A stretch of 64,000 bases of DNA from an uncultured virus (IMG/VR IMGVR_UViG_3300032050_000027). Its lineage: Duplodnaviria > Heunggongvirae > Uroviricota > Caudoviricetes. Location of the stretch: IMG/VR virus record IMGVR_UViG_3300032050_000027, one strand, 5' to 3'. Shown one piece after another: positions 28,682 to 39,657 of this stretch. The first letter of the stretch is position 1; each line of letters begins with the position of its first letter. Under the pieces are notes generated by a model. That model did no database searches and was not told the DNA's origin. It saw nothing but the letters and a program-made list of their open reading frames with translations. The position numbers and the translations under genes were made by a program.

Positions 28682-29016
28682 TATGTGATTTCCATTATGC
28701 TCATTACTGCATCAATACTGGTAGCTGCGCTACTTTGAACTTGCAATTGATCTCCTGTGACCAACACAATCTTTTGATCGCCGCCTCCTACAACCAAACT
28801 TGACCCTGCTGAAATAGGTGCATTTACTGCCAATCGAGTGGTTTGCGCTGCGTTATCTAAAATAATCACGTTGGCTGCAATTGCACTTGATGTGACATTG
28901 GTCAAAGAAAGTCCAACCACAACTGCGGTTGTATTTGCCGCAACTGTGTACGCACCAACTGAGGTAGCTGTGGTTCCAACAAGTCTGCTGAGTTTTCGTG
29001 TAAAAGTGTTTGCCAT
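28681..29016 (-). CDS. Small fibre-associated virion protein
   Basis: MANTF..YTV..VVVGLSLTN..KIVLVTGDQL..SIMEIT; coupled between two fibre genes. Confidence 0.65.
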   Translation of the reverse strand: MANTFTRKLSRLVGTTATSVGAYTVAANTTAVVVGLSLTNVTSSAIAANVIILDNAAQTTRLAVNAPISAGSSLVVGGGDQKIVLVTGDQLQVQSSAATSIDAVMSIMEIT

Positions 29017-29019
29017 TTT

Positions 29020-32000
29020 TTATCCTAATGCTATTGCCAATGCTGTTGCGTCTGCTATGGTTGCCGCCAACTGTCCAGCAATATTTATGTTACCTGTAGC
29101 TGAGATATTTCCACCTGAAATATTGCCTGTAGTGGTGATATTTGCAGTCATTGTGATTGCAGAAACCACGTTGCCACTCAAGCTCAATCCTGTGGCGTTG
29201 ACATTGCCACCAGTTATATTGCCTGTTGCAGTTATTAATCCACCTGTGGTCAAGTTGCCACCAATCACGTTGCCAGTGATACTGACTGTGGTTCCTGTGT
29301 GATTTGTAGCTGCTATGTTTCCACTGGTTATGTTACCAGTTACTGTGGCTGTTCCTGCAGTGATAATATTGCCGCCTGTGATATTGCCAGTTACGGTAGC
29401 ATATCCAGATGCTACTACGTTGGCACCAGTAGCAAGATTGCCAGTTGCTGACACTAAACCTGCTGTGGTTACATTGCCACCAATCACGTTACCAGTTGCG
29501 CTGACCGTTGCACCTTGTACCAATGCTACACTGATAACATTGCCGCCATTTACGTTGGCAGTTGCACTCAATGTGGTAGCCGAGATTACATTGGCACCAG
29601 TGATGTTACCACTTGCGCCTGCGGTAATAATGTTACCGCCAGTGATGTTACCTGTTGCACTTACTTGACCACCTGTGGTGATGTTTCCGCCCACAACGTT
29701 GGCAGCAGAAGTGATTGTACCTGTTGCAGTTATCAATCCACCTGTGACAATGTTACCGCCTGTGACGTTACCAATACCGCTAATTTGAGCACCACTCAAA
29801 ACGTTGCCGCCACTGATGTTGCCAGTACCAGTCAAAATGTTACCAGCTACTGAAATTCTGCCGCCAACGTTGATGTCTGCTGCCACACCGTTTGTGGCAA
29901 ATGTGCCAGTGATGCTGAGTGCATTGGTAGTTTTGTCAAACACCATGCCAGCAGTACCACCAACAATGCCGCCGTCATTAAACAACACTTGAGTATTACT
30001 GCCTGCTAGGGAGATATTACCTTGCAAGTTACCAATAAATGTGGTTGCTATGACATTTGCACCAGTGATGTTACCTGTTGCTGAAAGTTGACCAACTGTT
30101 CTGATGTTGCCGCCGTCAATATTGCCTGTAACACTGAGTGTGGTACCTGTATAATTTGTACCAGAAATATTTGCGCCTGTAATGGCACCAGTAGCACTAA
30201 CTTGTCCGCCAGTATTGATATTGCCACCAATCACATTGCCCACTGCACTGAGAGTGGTACTTGATAATATGCTGCCACCTGCAATTGCATTGCCTGTTGA
30301 AATATTGCCGCCAGCAATGTTAGCTATAGCTGTGATGTTACCTGTTGCTACAATCAACCCAGCAGTTGAAATATTGCCACCAGCAATGTTGGCTGCGGCT
30401 GTGATATTACCAGCTGCGCTAACAGCACCACCAGTTGTTAAGTTTCCACCTGCTACGTTAGCAGCAGAAGTGATAGTACCAGTAGCAGTGATCAATCCAC
30501 CAGTAACAATATTACCGCCAGTTACATTACCTTGCGCACTTACTGTGCCGCCTGCTGTGACATTGGTTGTTGCACTAACAATACTGCCGTTGACATTGCC
30601 ACCAGTTACATTACCTGTTGCACTTACTTCACCAGCTGTTGTGATATTGCCGCCAGTGACATTACCAGTTGCTGTTACCAAACCAACTGTGCGTAAATTG
30701 CCACCAGTTACGTTGCCAGTGATTGCAGCCAAACCACCAGTGACCAAATTGCCACCTGACACATTGGCTGTGGCTGTTACTCCACCGCTAACTGTTAAGT
30801 TGCCGCCATCAATGTTGCCTGTAGCACTAAGTCCAGCACCTTGTACCAAAGTGGTAGCAACCACATTACCACCTGCAACGTTGGCAGTAGAAACAATGTT
30901 GCCTGTGGCTGTGATCAATCCACCTGTGACAATGTTGCCACCAATCACGTTGCCAGTAGCTGATATTGCTGTTGTGGCAGAAATCAATGCACCTTGCAGA
31001 TTACCACCAAAAATGTTGCCTGTGGCTGTGATTGTGCCACCTGTCAGCAAGTTGCCACCGTCAATGTTGCCTGTGGCTGAAACTAACCCTGCTGTGCGTA
31101 GATTTCCACTATCAACGTTACCAGTTACACTCAAGCTAGGTAAAGTACCAATTGCAGTGGCAACCACGCCAGTTAACAAACTACCATTACCAGCATAGTA
31201 GCCGGCACTGATGTTGCCTGTGGTTGTGACGTTAGAAGTAGAGTTCAATGCACTCTGAACATTACCACTCAAACTCAATCCTGCGGCATTCAAATTACCG
31301 CCTGTGATGTTGCCAGTTGCCAGGATCAAACCTGCAGTTGATACATTTCCACCAACTACGTTGCCTGTGGCTGACAAAATACCACCAGTGATGTTGCCAC
31401 CAGTGATGTTGCCAGTTGCACTTACTATGCCCGCTGTGGTTAAATTTCCAGTGGCTGTGTTAGCAGTTACATTCAGTCCAGATGCACTGATTGTTCCTGT
31501 GGTGTCAATATTTCCGCCGGTGATATTGCCAGTTGCTACAATCAAACCAGTTGCACTAATTGCTCCGCCAGTAAGAATATTACCACCAGTGATATTGGCT
31601 GTTGCGCTAACTGTGGTTGCTGTTAAGATACCAGTACCAACATTGCCACCAGTGATGTTGCCTGTGGCACTAACTTGTCCAACAGTTCTAACATTACCAC
31701 CTGTGACATTGCCTGCGGCACTGATCAATCCTGCTGTGGTCACGTTGCCGGCTGCTATGGTAGCAGTAGAAGTTACAGATGCTGCTGCCAATGCACCAAC
31801 CACAAATGTACCGTAGCTGTTGACTGTGACAATTTCGTTAGCAATGCTTACGTTGCTGGCTGCAATCAAATTGCCTGTGGAGTTTTGATAACCAATAAAC
31901 GCTGAATTCTCAGCAGTGGTATAATACCACATTTGTTCGCCACGATCTTTGTTATCGTTGACTGTAAGAGGTGTGTTGTTGGCACCACGGCCTAATCCAA

Positions 32001-35000
32001 TAATTGGATCTTGAACATTTAAGTCTGTGATGTTAATGTAGATAACATTGCCATCAACAGTCAAGTCACCACCCACAACTGCATTACCAGTGATGTTAAG
32101 TGTGGCGCCGTTGACTGTTCCAACTGTGATTAAATTACCGCCAATGACGTTGGCTGCGGCACTGATCAATCCACCTGTGACCAAATTGCCACCAGTTACA
32201 TTGCCTGTAGCAGTTACTATACCACCTGTGAGCAAATTGCCACCTGTGATATTGGCCAGTGCACTGATGTTACCACCGGTGATGCCTGGTCCAACTATGA
32301 TATTTTCAGCAATAACAGTGTTTGTGCTAGTGATATTTCCAGCTGTTCCAATATTGCCGCCAGTGATATTACCAGTTGCTGAAACTGTATTAGTAGACAA
32401 CAACACACCCGAAACTGCAATATTGCCGCCGGTGATGTTACCAGTGCCTGTTACTATACCAGTGCCAAAATATACATTACCATTGAACGCCGCGCCATTA
32501 ACATTGCCGCCTGTGCTGATTTGAGTACCAACTCCGCCGCCCAATATGTTACCGCCGGTGATGTTGCCAGTTGCAGAAATCAATCCAGCAGTGGTAATAT
32601 TGCCGCCAGTGACATTGGCAGTTGCAATGATATTACTACCGCTTAATATATTACCTGTGGCACTTATGATGCTACCAGCAACAATGTTGCCAGTACCTGG
32701 GCCATTAGTAACTGTTAAATTACCAACTTGTGCATCACCATTACCAAGTAATTTGAATGTGCCAAACAAAATGTTGCCACCGGTGATGTTGCCCACGGCA
32801 CTAACTTGTTCCAATGCATTCAAGTTGCCAGTTACAGTATTGCCAGTTACACTCACACTTGGCAGTGTACCAATGCTGGTGGCCACAACGCCAGTTAACA
32901 GAGCACCATTGCCTAACACGTATCCACCGCTGATGTTGGCAGTGGTTGTGATATTTGCCGCGCTGGTCAATGCACTTACAACATTGCCACTTAGACTCAA
33001 GCCGGTAGCATTCAAATTGCCGCCAGTGATGTTGCCAGTTGCAGAAATCAATCCAGCAGTTAATAAATTACCACCAGTTACGTTACCTGTAATATTGGCT
33101 GTAGTAGAAACTACCAATGCAGCTATGTTACCAGTTCCAATAGTTACCAAATTGCCACCGGTTACATTACCAGTAGCACTGATCAGTCCAGTTACAAACG
33201 CACCAGTATTGGCAAACACTGCCACATTGGCAATACCACCAACAGAAATGTTGGCGTTACCACCAGTGACACCAATATTGGCTTCTGTAGTACCGTTAGC
33301 AATCTTTGTAGGAGTACCGGCTGCAATGCCTGACAGCAATGCACCGTTACCCAAAATGTAATTACCAGCTACGTTACCTGATGCGCTGACATTGCCAACT
33401 GTGGTCAAATTGCCACCGCTGACATTGCCTGTTGCAACAACAACACCAGTTGCACTCAATGTTGTTGCTGTGATAACGTTGGCACCAGTAATGTTGCCGC
33501 CAGCGCCTGTGGTAACAATGTTGCCACCTGTGACGTTACCAGTTGCAGAAACTACGCCAGCAGTCAACAAATTGCCACCAGTTACGTTACCAGTTACAAT
33601 TGCAGTGCCGCTTGTGACTATGCTTGCTACGTTGGCCGTACCAGCTGTTACCAAATTACCACCAGTTACGTTGGCAGTTACTGATACTGTGGTACCTGTG
33701 TGAGTGGTTGCGTTGACATTGGCGCCACCTAAGATATTGCCACCAGTGATGTTGCCAGTTACCGAGACTGTAGTACCTGTGTGAGTGGTTGCATTAACGT
33801 TAGCACCACCTAAGATATTGCCACCAGTGATGTTGCCAGTAGCACTTACTTGTCCTGCTGTGGTTAGATTGCCACCAGTCACGTTGGCAGTTACTGATAC
33901 TGTAGTACCTGTGTGGGTAGTTGCGTTGACATTAGCACCACCTAAAATATTACCACCAGTGATGTTGCCAACAGCACTAAATGCGCCAGACGCTGTGACT
34001 ATACCTGTACCATTTGGTGCCAACGCAATGTTGCCGTTGCTACCTGTAATAATTGTTAAAGCACCAGTGTCTACAATATTGCCAGCAATATTCAAGTTAC
34101 CACCAGTAATGTTACCAGTAGCACTTATTTGACCTGCTGTAGTTAGATTGCCACCTGACACGTTGGCAGTTACACTGACTGTGGTACCTGTGTGAGTTGT
34201 GGCGTTAACGTTAGCGCCACCCATGATGTTGCCACCAGTTACATTGCCTGTAGCACTTACTTCGCCAGCTGTGGTCAAATTACCACCTGACACGTTGGCT
34301 GTAGCAACAACTTGTCCTGCTGTGGTCAAATTACCACCTGACACATTGCCTGTAGCACTGATCAAGCCAGTAACATATTCGCCAGTTGCAGCATATACCG
34401 CCACATTGGCAGTTCCGCCAACCCCAACTGCTACGTTGCCACCTGAGCTTACAATAGAAACATTTGATGTTCCGCTGACAATTTGTGTGGGTGTACCTGT
34501 TGCAACGCCTGTCAACAATGCACCATTACCAACAAAGTAATTGCCAGTCACGTTGCCTGTGGCACTGACTTGACCAACTGTGGTCACGTTGCCAGCTATC
34601 ACATTTCCTTGTGCAGATACAACTCCCAACACAGTCATTGTGTTGGAGTCTGTGTTATATGTAAATCCTGCTACTGCGCCAGCATTGCCATTGGCGTTGT
34701 AAAGCACTTGTGTGTTTGAACCAGGAACAGTTAAGTTACCAGTAATGTTGCCGGCAAAGTTACCCACAAAGTAACCTGTAGTGATAATATTACCTGCGGC
34801 ACTTACTGTACCTTGAGTGCGTATGTTTGCGCCGTCAATGTTGCCTGTAGCAGTGATCAATCCTGCTGTGGTCAAGTTTCCACCAGTTACGTTGGCAGTT
34901 ACTGATACTGTAGTACCTGTGTGAGTGGTTGCATTAACATTAGCACCACCTAAGATATTACCACCGGTGATGTTACCAGTTGCACTAATCAGACCACCTG

Positions 35001-37368
35001 TGGTCAAGTTTCCACCTGACACATTGGCTGCTGAAGTAATATTGCCTGTTGCGCTTACTTGTCCTGCTGTGGTTAAATTGCCACCTGACACATTAGCAGT
35101 AGCAACCACTTGGCCGCCTGTGTTTACATTCCCACCTGTGATGTTGCCCGAAGCACTGATTACTGTGCCAGTTACGCTTTGAGTTGTATTAATGTTGTTA
35201 GCAATAACGTTGCCAGCAACGCTGACCAAACCAGTTGAAACTAAATTTCCGCCACTGACATTGGCAGTTGTGATAATATTAGCAGTTTCAGTACCACTGG
35301 CCAAGTATGTTGAAACATCTGAGTTGGCATATCCTGCTGGCAAGCCAGTCAACGCACTGCCATTACCTAAAATGTATCCGCCACTGATGTTGGCTGTGGT
35401 TGTTATATTTGCCGCAGACACTAATGCACTGACAACGTTGCCACTTAGGCTCAAGCCTGTGGCATTCAAGTTACCACCAGTGACGTTACCAGTAGCTGTA
35501 ACCTGCCCTGCTGTGCGTAGATTACCGCCATCTATGTTGCCAGTGACTGAAACATTGCCCACGGTCAATAGGTTATCATCAGTCCGGTAGGTGAGATCCA
35601 CATCCGCCCGTGCTATCTGAGCTGTGGTGCGATTCTCTACAAACGTAGGGTAGTAAATGGTTGTTAGGCCGTTTGTGTCTGTTACATCAACAGTTACGGA
35701 ATTGACCCCTGTGAGTTGTGAGCCATTACCTAAAATGTAGTTGCCTGAAATGTTAGCAGTAGTTGTAATATTGGCTGCTGAAACTAACGCACTAACAACG
35801 TTACCACTCAAGCTCAATCCTGTGGCATTTAAATTACCACCTGACACATTGCCAGTTGCTGATATCAGTCCAACAGTGCGTAAGTTGCCACCATCAATAT
35901 TGGCAGTTACACTCAATGATCCGAGTGTACCAACACTTGTGATATTAGGTTGTGCGGCTGTGCTCAATGTACCGGCAACATTGCCGCCACTGATGTTGGC
36001 AGTGGTTGTTATGTTGCCTGTTCCGCTAATAACATTTGACCCTAACGCGGCCAATAATGTTGTAACATTTGAATCTGCATAGCTGGCAGGTAAACCGGTC
36101 AGTTGACTACCATTACCAATAAAGTAGTTTGCTGTTACGTTACCAGCAACACTCATTCCTGTTGAGGCAAAAGTATAAACGTTGGTCACGCCACCAATGT
36201 TACCAACCACGTTGCCGTTGGCCACAGGAATATTAAATTCTGTTGTGCCGTTTGAAAGTTTGCTTGCTGATCCAACATTTGAGCTGGCAGTAACGCCAGT
36301 AAGTCCAGCACCGTTACCAATGAAAATACCGTTGACAACTTGTATGTTGCCGTTGGCAAGTAGTGCGCCAATGTTGCCCGAGTAGGTTGGCAAATATGCC
36401 TGAACATTAGCGTTTGAATATGTTGCTGGCAAGCCAGTCAGTTGACTACCATTACCTAATATATAACTGCCGGTGATGTTGCCTGAAGTACTAACTGTGG
36501 CAGCAGTTACTGCTCCACTCACTCCAACGTTGCCGCCACCTAGGTTACCAGTGTAGGTTGGCAGGTATGCAGCAACGTTTGAATTGCCGTATGTTGCAGG
36601 CAAGCCAGTCAGTTGGCTACCATTACCAAACACATATCCAGCAGTGATGTTACCAGTAGTTGATATTGGGTTGGTGCCTAGTGCAGCCAAATTAGCCACA
36701 ACATTGGCATTGCCGTATGTTGCAGGCAAGCCAGTCAGTTGTGAACCATTACCTAAAACATAAGTGCCCTGAACATTGCCAGTAGTGATAATGTTGCTAG
36801 TGTCTGCGCCACTGGCAAGATAAGATGCCACATTGGCATTGCCATAACTTGTGAGCGTACCGCCACCGCTGATTACAGTTTGTTGACCACTTTCGTTGGT
36901 CATTATAACAGCAGTTGAGTTGGCACTGATTGTGGCATTGCCTAGGAAAATAGTGCTGTTGGAAAGATAAAGATCGTTGAACTGTGCTGTTGGGCTGCCA
37001 AGGCTGTAGGTTAGATTGGCAGCAGGAAGAATATTGGCTTTGACTGTGACTGTGTTGGTTCCAACCACAACCACATTACCGGTGCCAGCAATACCAACAG
37101 TGACATTGCCGCCTGAACTTACAACAGCAACGTTAGATGTTCCACTTTCAATAGCAGTTGAATTGCCGGTGGCAAGCCCAGTTAACTGTGAACCGTTACC
37201 AATAAAATACGTACCGTAAACATTGCCACTAGCAACAATGTTATTGGCAGCAGTGATACTGCCTACACCCAAAATATCATTGTTGGTCAACAGCAAATTA
37301 TCGCCACTGGCCAGCTCTTGAATCTGTGCGCTACCTGTGTTTACTACTAACGGAATCTTGTTTGCCAT
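29020..37368 (-). CDS. Giant repetitive fibre protein (2782 aa)
   Basis: Long runs of ~18-aa SATGN(I/V)TGGN(L/I)xTxG repeats, about 12 (Y/F)xGNGxxL(T/S)G motifs, C-terminal ALAIALG. Confidence 0.85.
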   Translation of the reverse strand: MANKIPLVVNTGSAQIQELASGDNLLLTNNDILGVGSITAANNIVASGNVYGTYFIGNGSQLTGLATGNSTAIESGTSNVAVVSSGGNVTVGIAGTGNVVVVGTNTVTVKANILPAANLTYSLGSPTAQFNDLYLSNSTIFLGNATISANSTAVIMTNESGQQTVISGGGTLTSYGNANVASYLASGADTSNIITTGNVQGTYVLGNGSQLTGLPATYGNANVVANLAALGTNPISTTGNITAGYVFGNGSQLTGLPATYGNSNVAAYLPTYTGNLGGGNVGVSGAVTAATVSTSGNITGSYILGNGSQLTGLPATYSNANVQAYLPTYSGNIGALLANGNIQVVNGIFIGNGAGLTGVTASSNVGSASKLSNGTTEFNIPVANGNVVGNIGGVTNVYTFASTGMSVAGNVTANYFIGNGSQLTGLPASYADSNVTTLLAALGSNVISGTGNITTTANISGGNVAGTLSTAAQPNITSVGTLGSLSVTANIDGGNLRTVGLISATGNVSGGNLNATGLSLSGNVVSALVSAANITTTANISGNYILGNGSQLTGVNSVTVDVTDTNGLTTIYYPTFVENRTTAQIARADVDLTYRTDDNLLTVGNVSVTGNIDGGNLRTAGQVTATGNVTGGNLNATGLSLSGNVVSALVSAANITTTANISGGYILGNGSALTGLPAGYANSDVSTYLASGTETANIITTANVSGGNLVSTGLVSVAGNVIANNINTTQSVTGTVISASGNITGGNVNTGGQVVATANVSGGNLTTAGQVSATGNITSAANVSGGNLTTGGLISATGNITGGNILGGANVNATTHTGTTVSVTANVTGGNLTTAGLITATGNIDGANIRTQGTVSAAGNIITTGYFVGNFAGNITGNLTVPGSNTQVLYNANGNAGAVAGFTYNTDSNTMTVLGVVSAQGNVIAGNVTTVGQVSATGNVTGNYFVGNGALLTGVATGTPTQIVSGTSNVSIVSSGGNVAVGVGGTANVAVYAATGEYVTGLISATGNVSGGNLTTAGQVVATANVSGGNLTTAGEVSATGNVTGGNIMGGANVNATTHTGTTVSVTANVSGGNLTTAGQISATGNITGGNLNIAGNIVDTGALTIITGSNGNIALAPNGTGIVTASGAFSAVGNITGGNILGGANVNATTHTGTTVSVTANVTGGNLTTAGQVSATGNITGGNILGGANVNATTHTGTTVSVTGNITGGNILGGANVNATTHTGTTVSVTANVTGGNLVTAGTANVASIVTSGTAIVTGNVTGGNLLTAGVVSATGNVTGGNIVTTGAGGNITGANVITATTLSATGVVVATGNVSGGNLTTVGNVSASGNVAGNYILGNGALLSGIAAGTPTKIANGTTEANIGVTGGNANISVGGIANVAVFANTGAFVTGLISATGNVTGGNLVTIGTGNIAALVVSTTANITGNVTGGNLLTAGLISATGNITGGNLNATGLSLSGNVVSALTSAANITTTANISGGYVLGNGALLTGVVATSIGTLPSVSVTGNTVTGNLNALEQVSAVGNITGGNILFGTFKLLGNGDAQVGNLTVTNGPGTGNIVAGSIISATGNILSGSNIIATANVTGGNITTAGLISATGNITGGNILGGGVGTQISTGGNVNGAAFNGNVYFGTGIVTGTGNITGGNIAVSGVLLSTNTVSATGNITGGNIGTAGNITSTNTVIAENIIVGPGITGGNISALANITGGNLLTGGIVTATGNVTGGNLVTGGLISAAANVIGGNLITVGTVNGATLNITGNAVVGGDLTVDGNVIYINITDLNVQDPIIGLGRGANNTPLTVNDNKDRGEQMWYYTTAENSAFIGYQNSTGNLIAASNVSIANEIVTVNSYGTFVVGALAAASVTSTATIAAGNVTTAGLISAAGNVTGGNVRTVGQVSATGNITGGNVGTGILTATTVSATANITGGNILTGGAISATGLIVATGNITGGNIDTTGTISASGLNVTANTATGNLTTAGIVSATGNITGGNITGGILSATGNVVGGNVSTAGLILATGNITGGNLNAAGLSLSGNVQSALNSTSNVTTTGNISAGYYAGNGSLLTGVVATAIGTLPSLSVTGNVDSGNLRTAGLVSATGNIDGGNLLTGGTITATGNIFGGNLQGALISATTAISATGNVIGGNIVTGGLITATGNIVSTANVAGGNVVATTLVQGAGLSATGNIDGGNLTVSGGVTATANVSGGNLVTGGLAAITGNVTGGNLRTVGLVTATGNVTGGNITTAGEVSATGNVTGGNVNGSIVSATTNVTAGGTVSAQGNVTGGNIVTGGLITATGTITSAANVAGGNLTTGGAVSAAGNITAAANIAGGNISTAGLIVATGNITAIANIAGGNISTGNAIAGGSILSSTTLSAVGNVIGGNINTGGQVSATGAITGANISGTNYTGTTLSVTGNIDGGNIRTVGQLSATGNITGANVIATTFIGNLQGNISLAGSNTQVLFNDGGIVGGTAGMVFDKTTNALSITGTFATNGVAADINVGGRISVAGNILTGTGNISGGNVLSGAQISGIGNVTGGNIVTGGLITATGTITSAANVVGGNITTGGQVSATGNITGGNIITAGASGNITGANVISATTLSATANVNGGNVISVALVQGATVSATGNVIGGNVTTAGLVSATGNLATGANVVASGYATVTGNITGGNIITAGTATVTGNITSGNIAATNHTGTTVSITGNVIGGNLTTGGLITATGNITGGNVNATGLSLSGNVVSAITMTANITTTGNISGGNISATGNINIAGQLAATIADATALAIALG

Positions 37369-37390
37369 TATCTTAATCCAATTTTATCAT

Positions 37391-38092
37391 TTATGTGGTA
37401 TACACAACCACGTTGCCGGTGCGAGTCAAAACATTAAAACTGTTGTTACTGGACAATGGTACGGATACCGGAGTGGTTCTAGTGCCCACAGTTAGTGTTC
37501 TAGTAAAAACAGTGTTACCAATGTAAATATTGCCAGTGGCATTGATATTGCCGCCAGTAACGTTGCCCGAAGCACTGACCAAGCCAGTGCTGAAAATATT
37601 TGCAGCTTGTAGGTTGCCGCTGAGAGTGAGGCCGTTGTTGTAAAACACAGCCACATTGCCAGTTCCGCCAATGCCAATTGTGACATTACCACCTGAACTG
37701 CGAACAGCTACATTTGATGTGCCGTTAGCAATGGCTGTGCCGTTGCCAGATCCACCAGCAATACCTGTAAGCAGGCTGCCGTTGCCCACAAAATACGAAG
37801 CATAAACTGTGTCAATTCGTTTGGTTGGCGATCCTATGTCATACACAGCATCAATTGAAGGCATGATGGAACTATTGGCCTGAATGTTTCCAATACCATT
37901 GGCAGCCAGCACCAAATTGGAATTAAGACCGTTGACAGAAATTACATTGTTGGCAATAACAACATTGCTGCCAACAGGACCTGCGGCATAAATTTCTGTA
38001 AAATTGTCATTTACAGCATCGAATGCATCACGCAACGGCTCGCCCGTGCCATCATTGGCCGCGGCGCCGGTGTCAATTATTTGTTGTGCCAT
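37391..38092 (-). CDS. Baseplate/fibre connector with a gp9/gp10-like N-terminus
   Basis: IDTGAAANDGTGEPLRDAFDAVNDNFTEIY. Confidence 0.65.
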   Translation of the reverse strand: MAQQIIDTGAAANDGTGEPLRDAFDAVNDNFTEIYAAGPVGSNVVIANNVISVNGLNSNLVLAANGIGNIQANSSIMPSIDAVYDIGSPTKRIDTVYASYFVGNGSLLTGIAGGSGNGTAIANGTSNVAVRSSGGNVTIGIGGTGNVAVFYNNGLTLSGNLQAANIFSTGLVSASGNVTGGNINATGNIYIGNTVFTRTLTVGTRTTPVSVPLSSNNSFNVLTRTGNVVVYTT

Positions 38093-38142
38093 AGGTTTAC
38101 AGGATCCTCTGGTGTATTTACCATAAGACCCAGTTTACCGTT

Positions 38143-39657
38143 TTAGGCAACTTTGGTGAAAGTAAGGTAAGAACCTGTTTTAGCGGTTATTATACCGGTG
38201 GAATTTTGCAATCTCAAGGTCACTGCGGTATCTACTGTGTTGAAGAAAGTACCCGAAATTCTCAGTGTTCTAGCAACGGTGCCGGTGCTGGCATAAGTGG
38301 TTGCCACGTCATCACTTGTGGTTTTTGTAGCTGTGGCAAATGCAGACGTACCAGTGGTTTGAGTTTCTGTAGTGAAGTTACAGGTGCCTGATGAAAAATT
38401 AACGCTTGGAGAAATGGTCATTGATCCGTCTGGGACCAGTGTAACATAACTCACAAAAGAATATCGATTGTTAGCAGCGGCTGTAAATGTCAATGTTCCA
38501 ATGTTGGCCGGGGTAGCTGAAGAAATTGGAGCATCGCTAGATTGCACAACAAAATTTGGTACTCCAATACCGTTACCAGTCAGCAGGGTTCCAATACTGA
38601 CGTTGGCGCCAGAAACATTTGATGTGATAACTGCGTTTCCAGCATTGACATTGGCTGTCAAGCTGGCTGTGGTACCAATAAACACGTTGCCGCTGGTAAT
38701 GTTACCAGTTGATGTGATAACACCTTGGCTGACCAAATTACCACCTGTAACGTTGCCAGTTGTGCTGATGCCGCCGGCTCCTGCGCCAATTGCACCAACA
38801 CTGATCAAATTGCCGCCGGTGATGTTACCTGTAGCTGTTATCAATCCAGCTGTGGCCACATTACCACCAGTTACATTGCCCGTGGCTGTTACCAACCCGG
38901 CTGTGCTTAGATTGCCGCCATCTATGTTGCCAACTATGGTCAATGTGCTGGATCCGTACATGGTGCCACTAACTGCAAATGTGTGCAATGGTGCAGTGTT
39001 GGCAATACCAACGTTGCCAGATGCTCCAATGATAGCAATACGAGTGGCTGCTGTGGTGTTGGCTGTTTGAATTAAAATATTGGCATTGCCAAGAGAGTCG
39101 GAGTACACAGCTCTGATGGCAGCGGTAACTCTAGATCCTGGTGCTGCATCAGATGTAAACCATTCAATTGCTCCAATGTTGGCACCAACTGTGGTAATAG
39201 CAGTATTTGCATCAGAAAAACGCAGAATTCTGTCTGTAGTTGCACCTGAAGTATAACTTAAAATAATATTGCTTGATGCAACAATATTTCCACCACTGAC
39301 ATTGCCTGTTGCTGAAATCAATCCAGCAGTTAATACGTTACCGCCTGTGACATTGCCAGTCACAGATTCTGTTCCTGTGATAACCACACCAGTGGTTGAC
39401 CAAACTGCCACATTGGACACACCACCTACTGAAATTACTGCATTGCCACTGGCAGTGGGAATAGCAATACTGGTGGTTCCGTTAAAGATATTATCGCCAG
39501 AAATATTACCTGTGAGTGCGGCATTGCCAGTCACTGAAAGGTTACCGTTGATCACAACCGTGGCTGCATTGGCTGTCAAGCCTTCAAAAGTTACTGTGTC
39601 GGTATTTCCTACGGATTGGAATACCAAATTGCCTGCGACACGATTGTAGGTAGTCAT
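38143..39657 (-). CDS. Fibre-like virion protein with G-N-I/V-T repeats
   Basis: Same repeats as the giant fibre; GNVGIANTAP motif. Confidence 0.7.
   Translation of the reverse strand: MTTYNRVAGNLVFQSVGNTDTVTFEGLTANAATVVINGNLSVTGNAALTGNISGDNIFNGTTSIAIPTASGNAVISVGGVSNVAVWSTTGVVITGTESVTGNVTGGNVLTAGLISATGNVSGGNIVASSNIILSYTSGATTDRILRFSDANTAITTVGANIGAIEWFTSDAAPGSRVTAAIRAVYSDSLGNANILIQTANTTAATRIAIIGASGNVGIANTAPLHTFAVSGTMYGSSTLTIVGNIDGGNLSTAGLVTATGNVTGGNVATAGLITATGNITGGNLISVGAIGAGAGGISTTGNVTGGNLVSQGVITSTGNITSGNVFIGTTASLTANVNAGNAVITSNVSGANVSIGTLLTGNGIGVPNFVVQSSDAPISSATPANIGTLTFTAAANNRYSFVSYVTLVPDGSMTISPSVNFSSGTCNFTTETQTTGTSAFATATKTTSDDVATTYASTGTVARTLRISGTFFNTVDTAVTLRLQNSTGIITAKTGSYLTFTKVA

Noticed and set aside
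33680..34960. Near-identical DNA repeats as a CRISPR-like array
   Set aside because: In-frame coding repeats with synonymous variation; no repeat-spacer pattern and no cas genes
24952..39649. Many plus-strand ORFs rich in LPPVMLPVA repeats
   Set aside because: Antisense shadows of the Gly/Asn/Thr/Val codon repeats in the fibre genes; they lack independent signals
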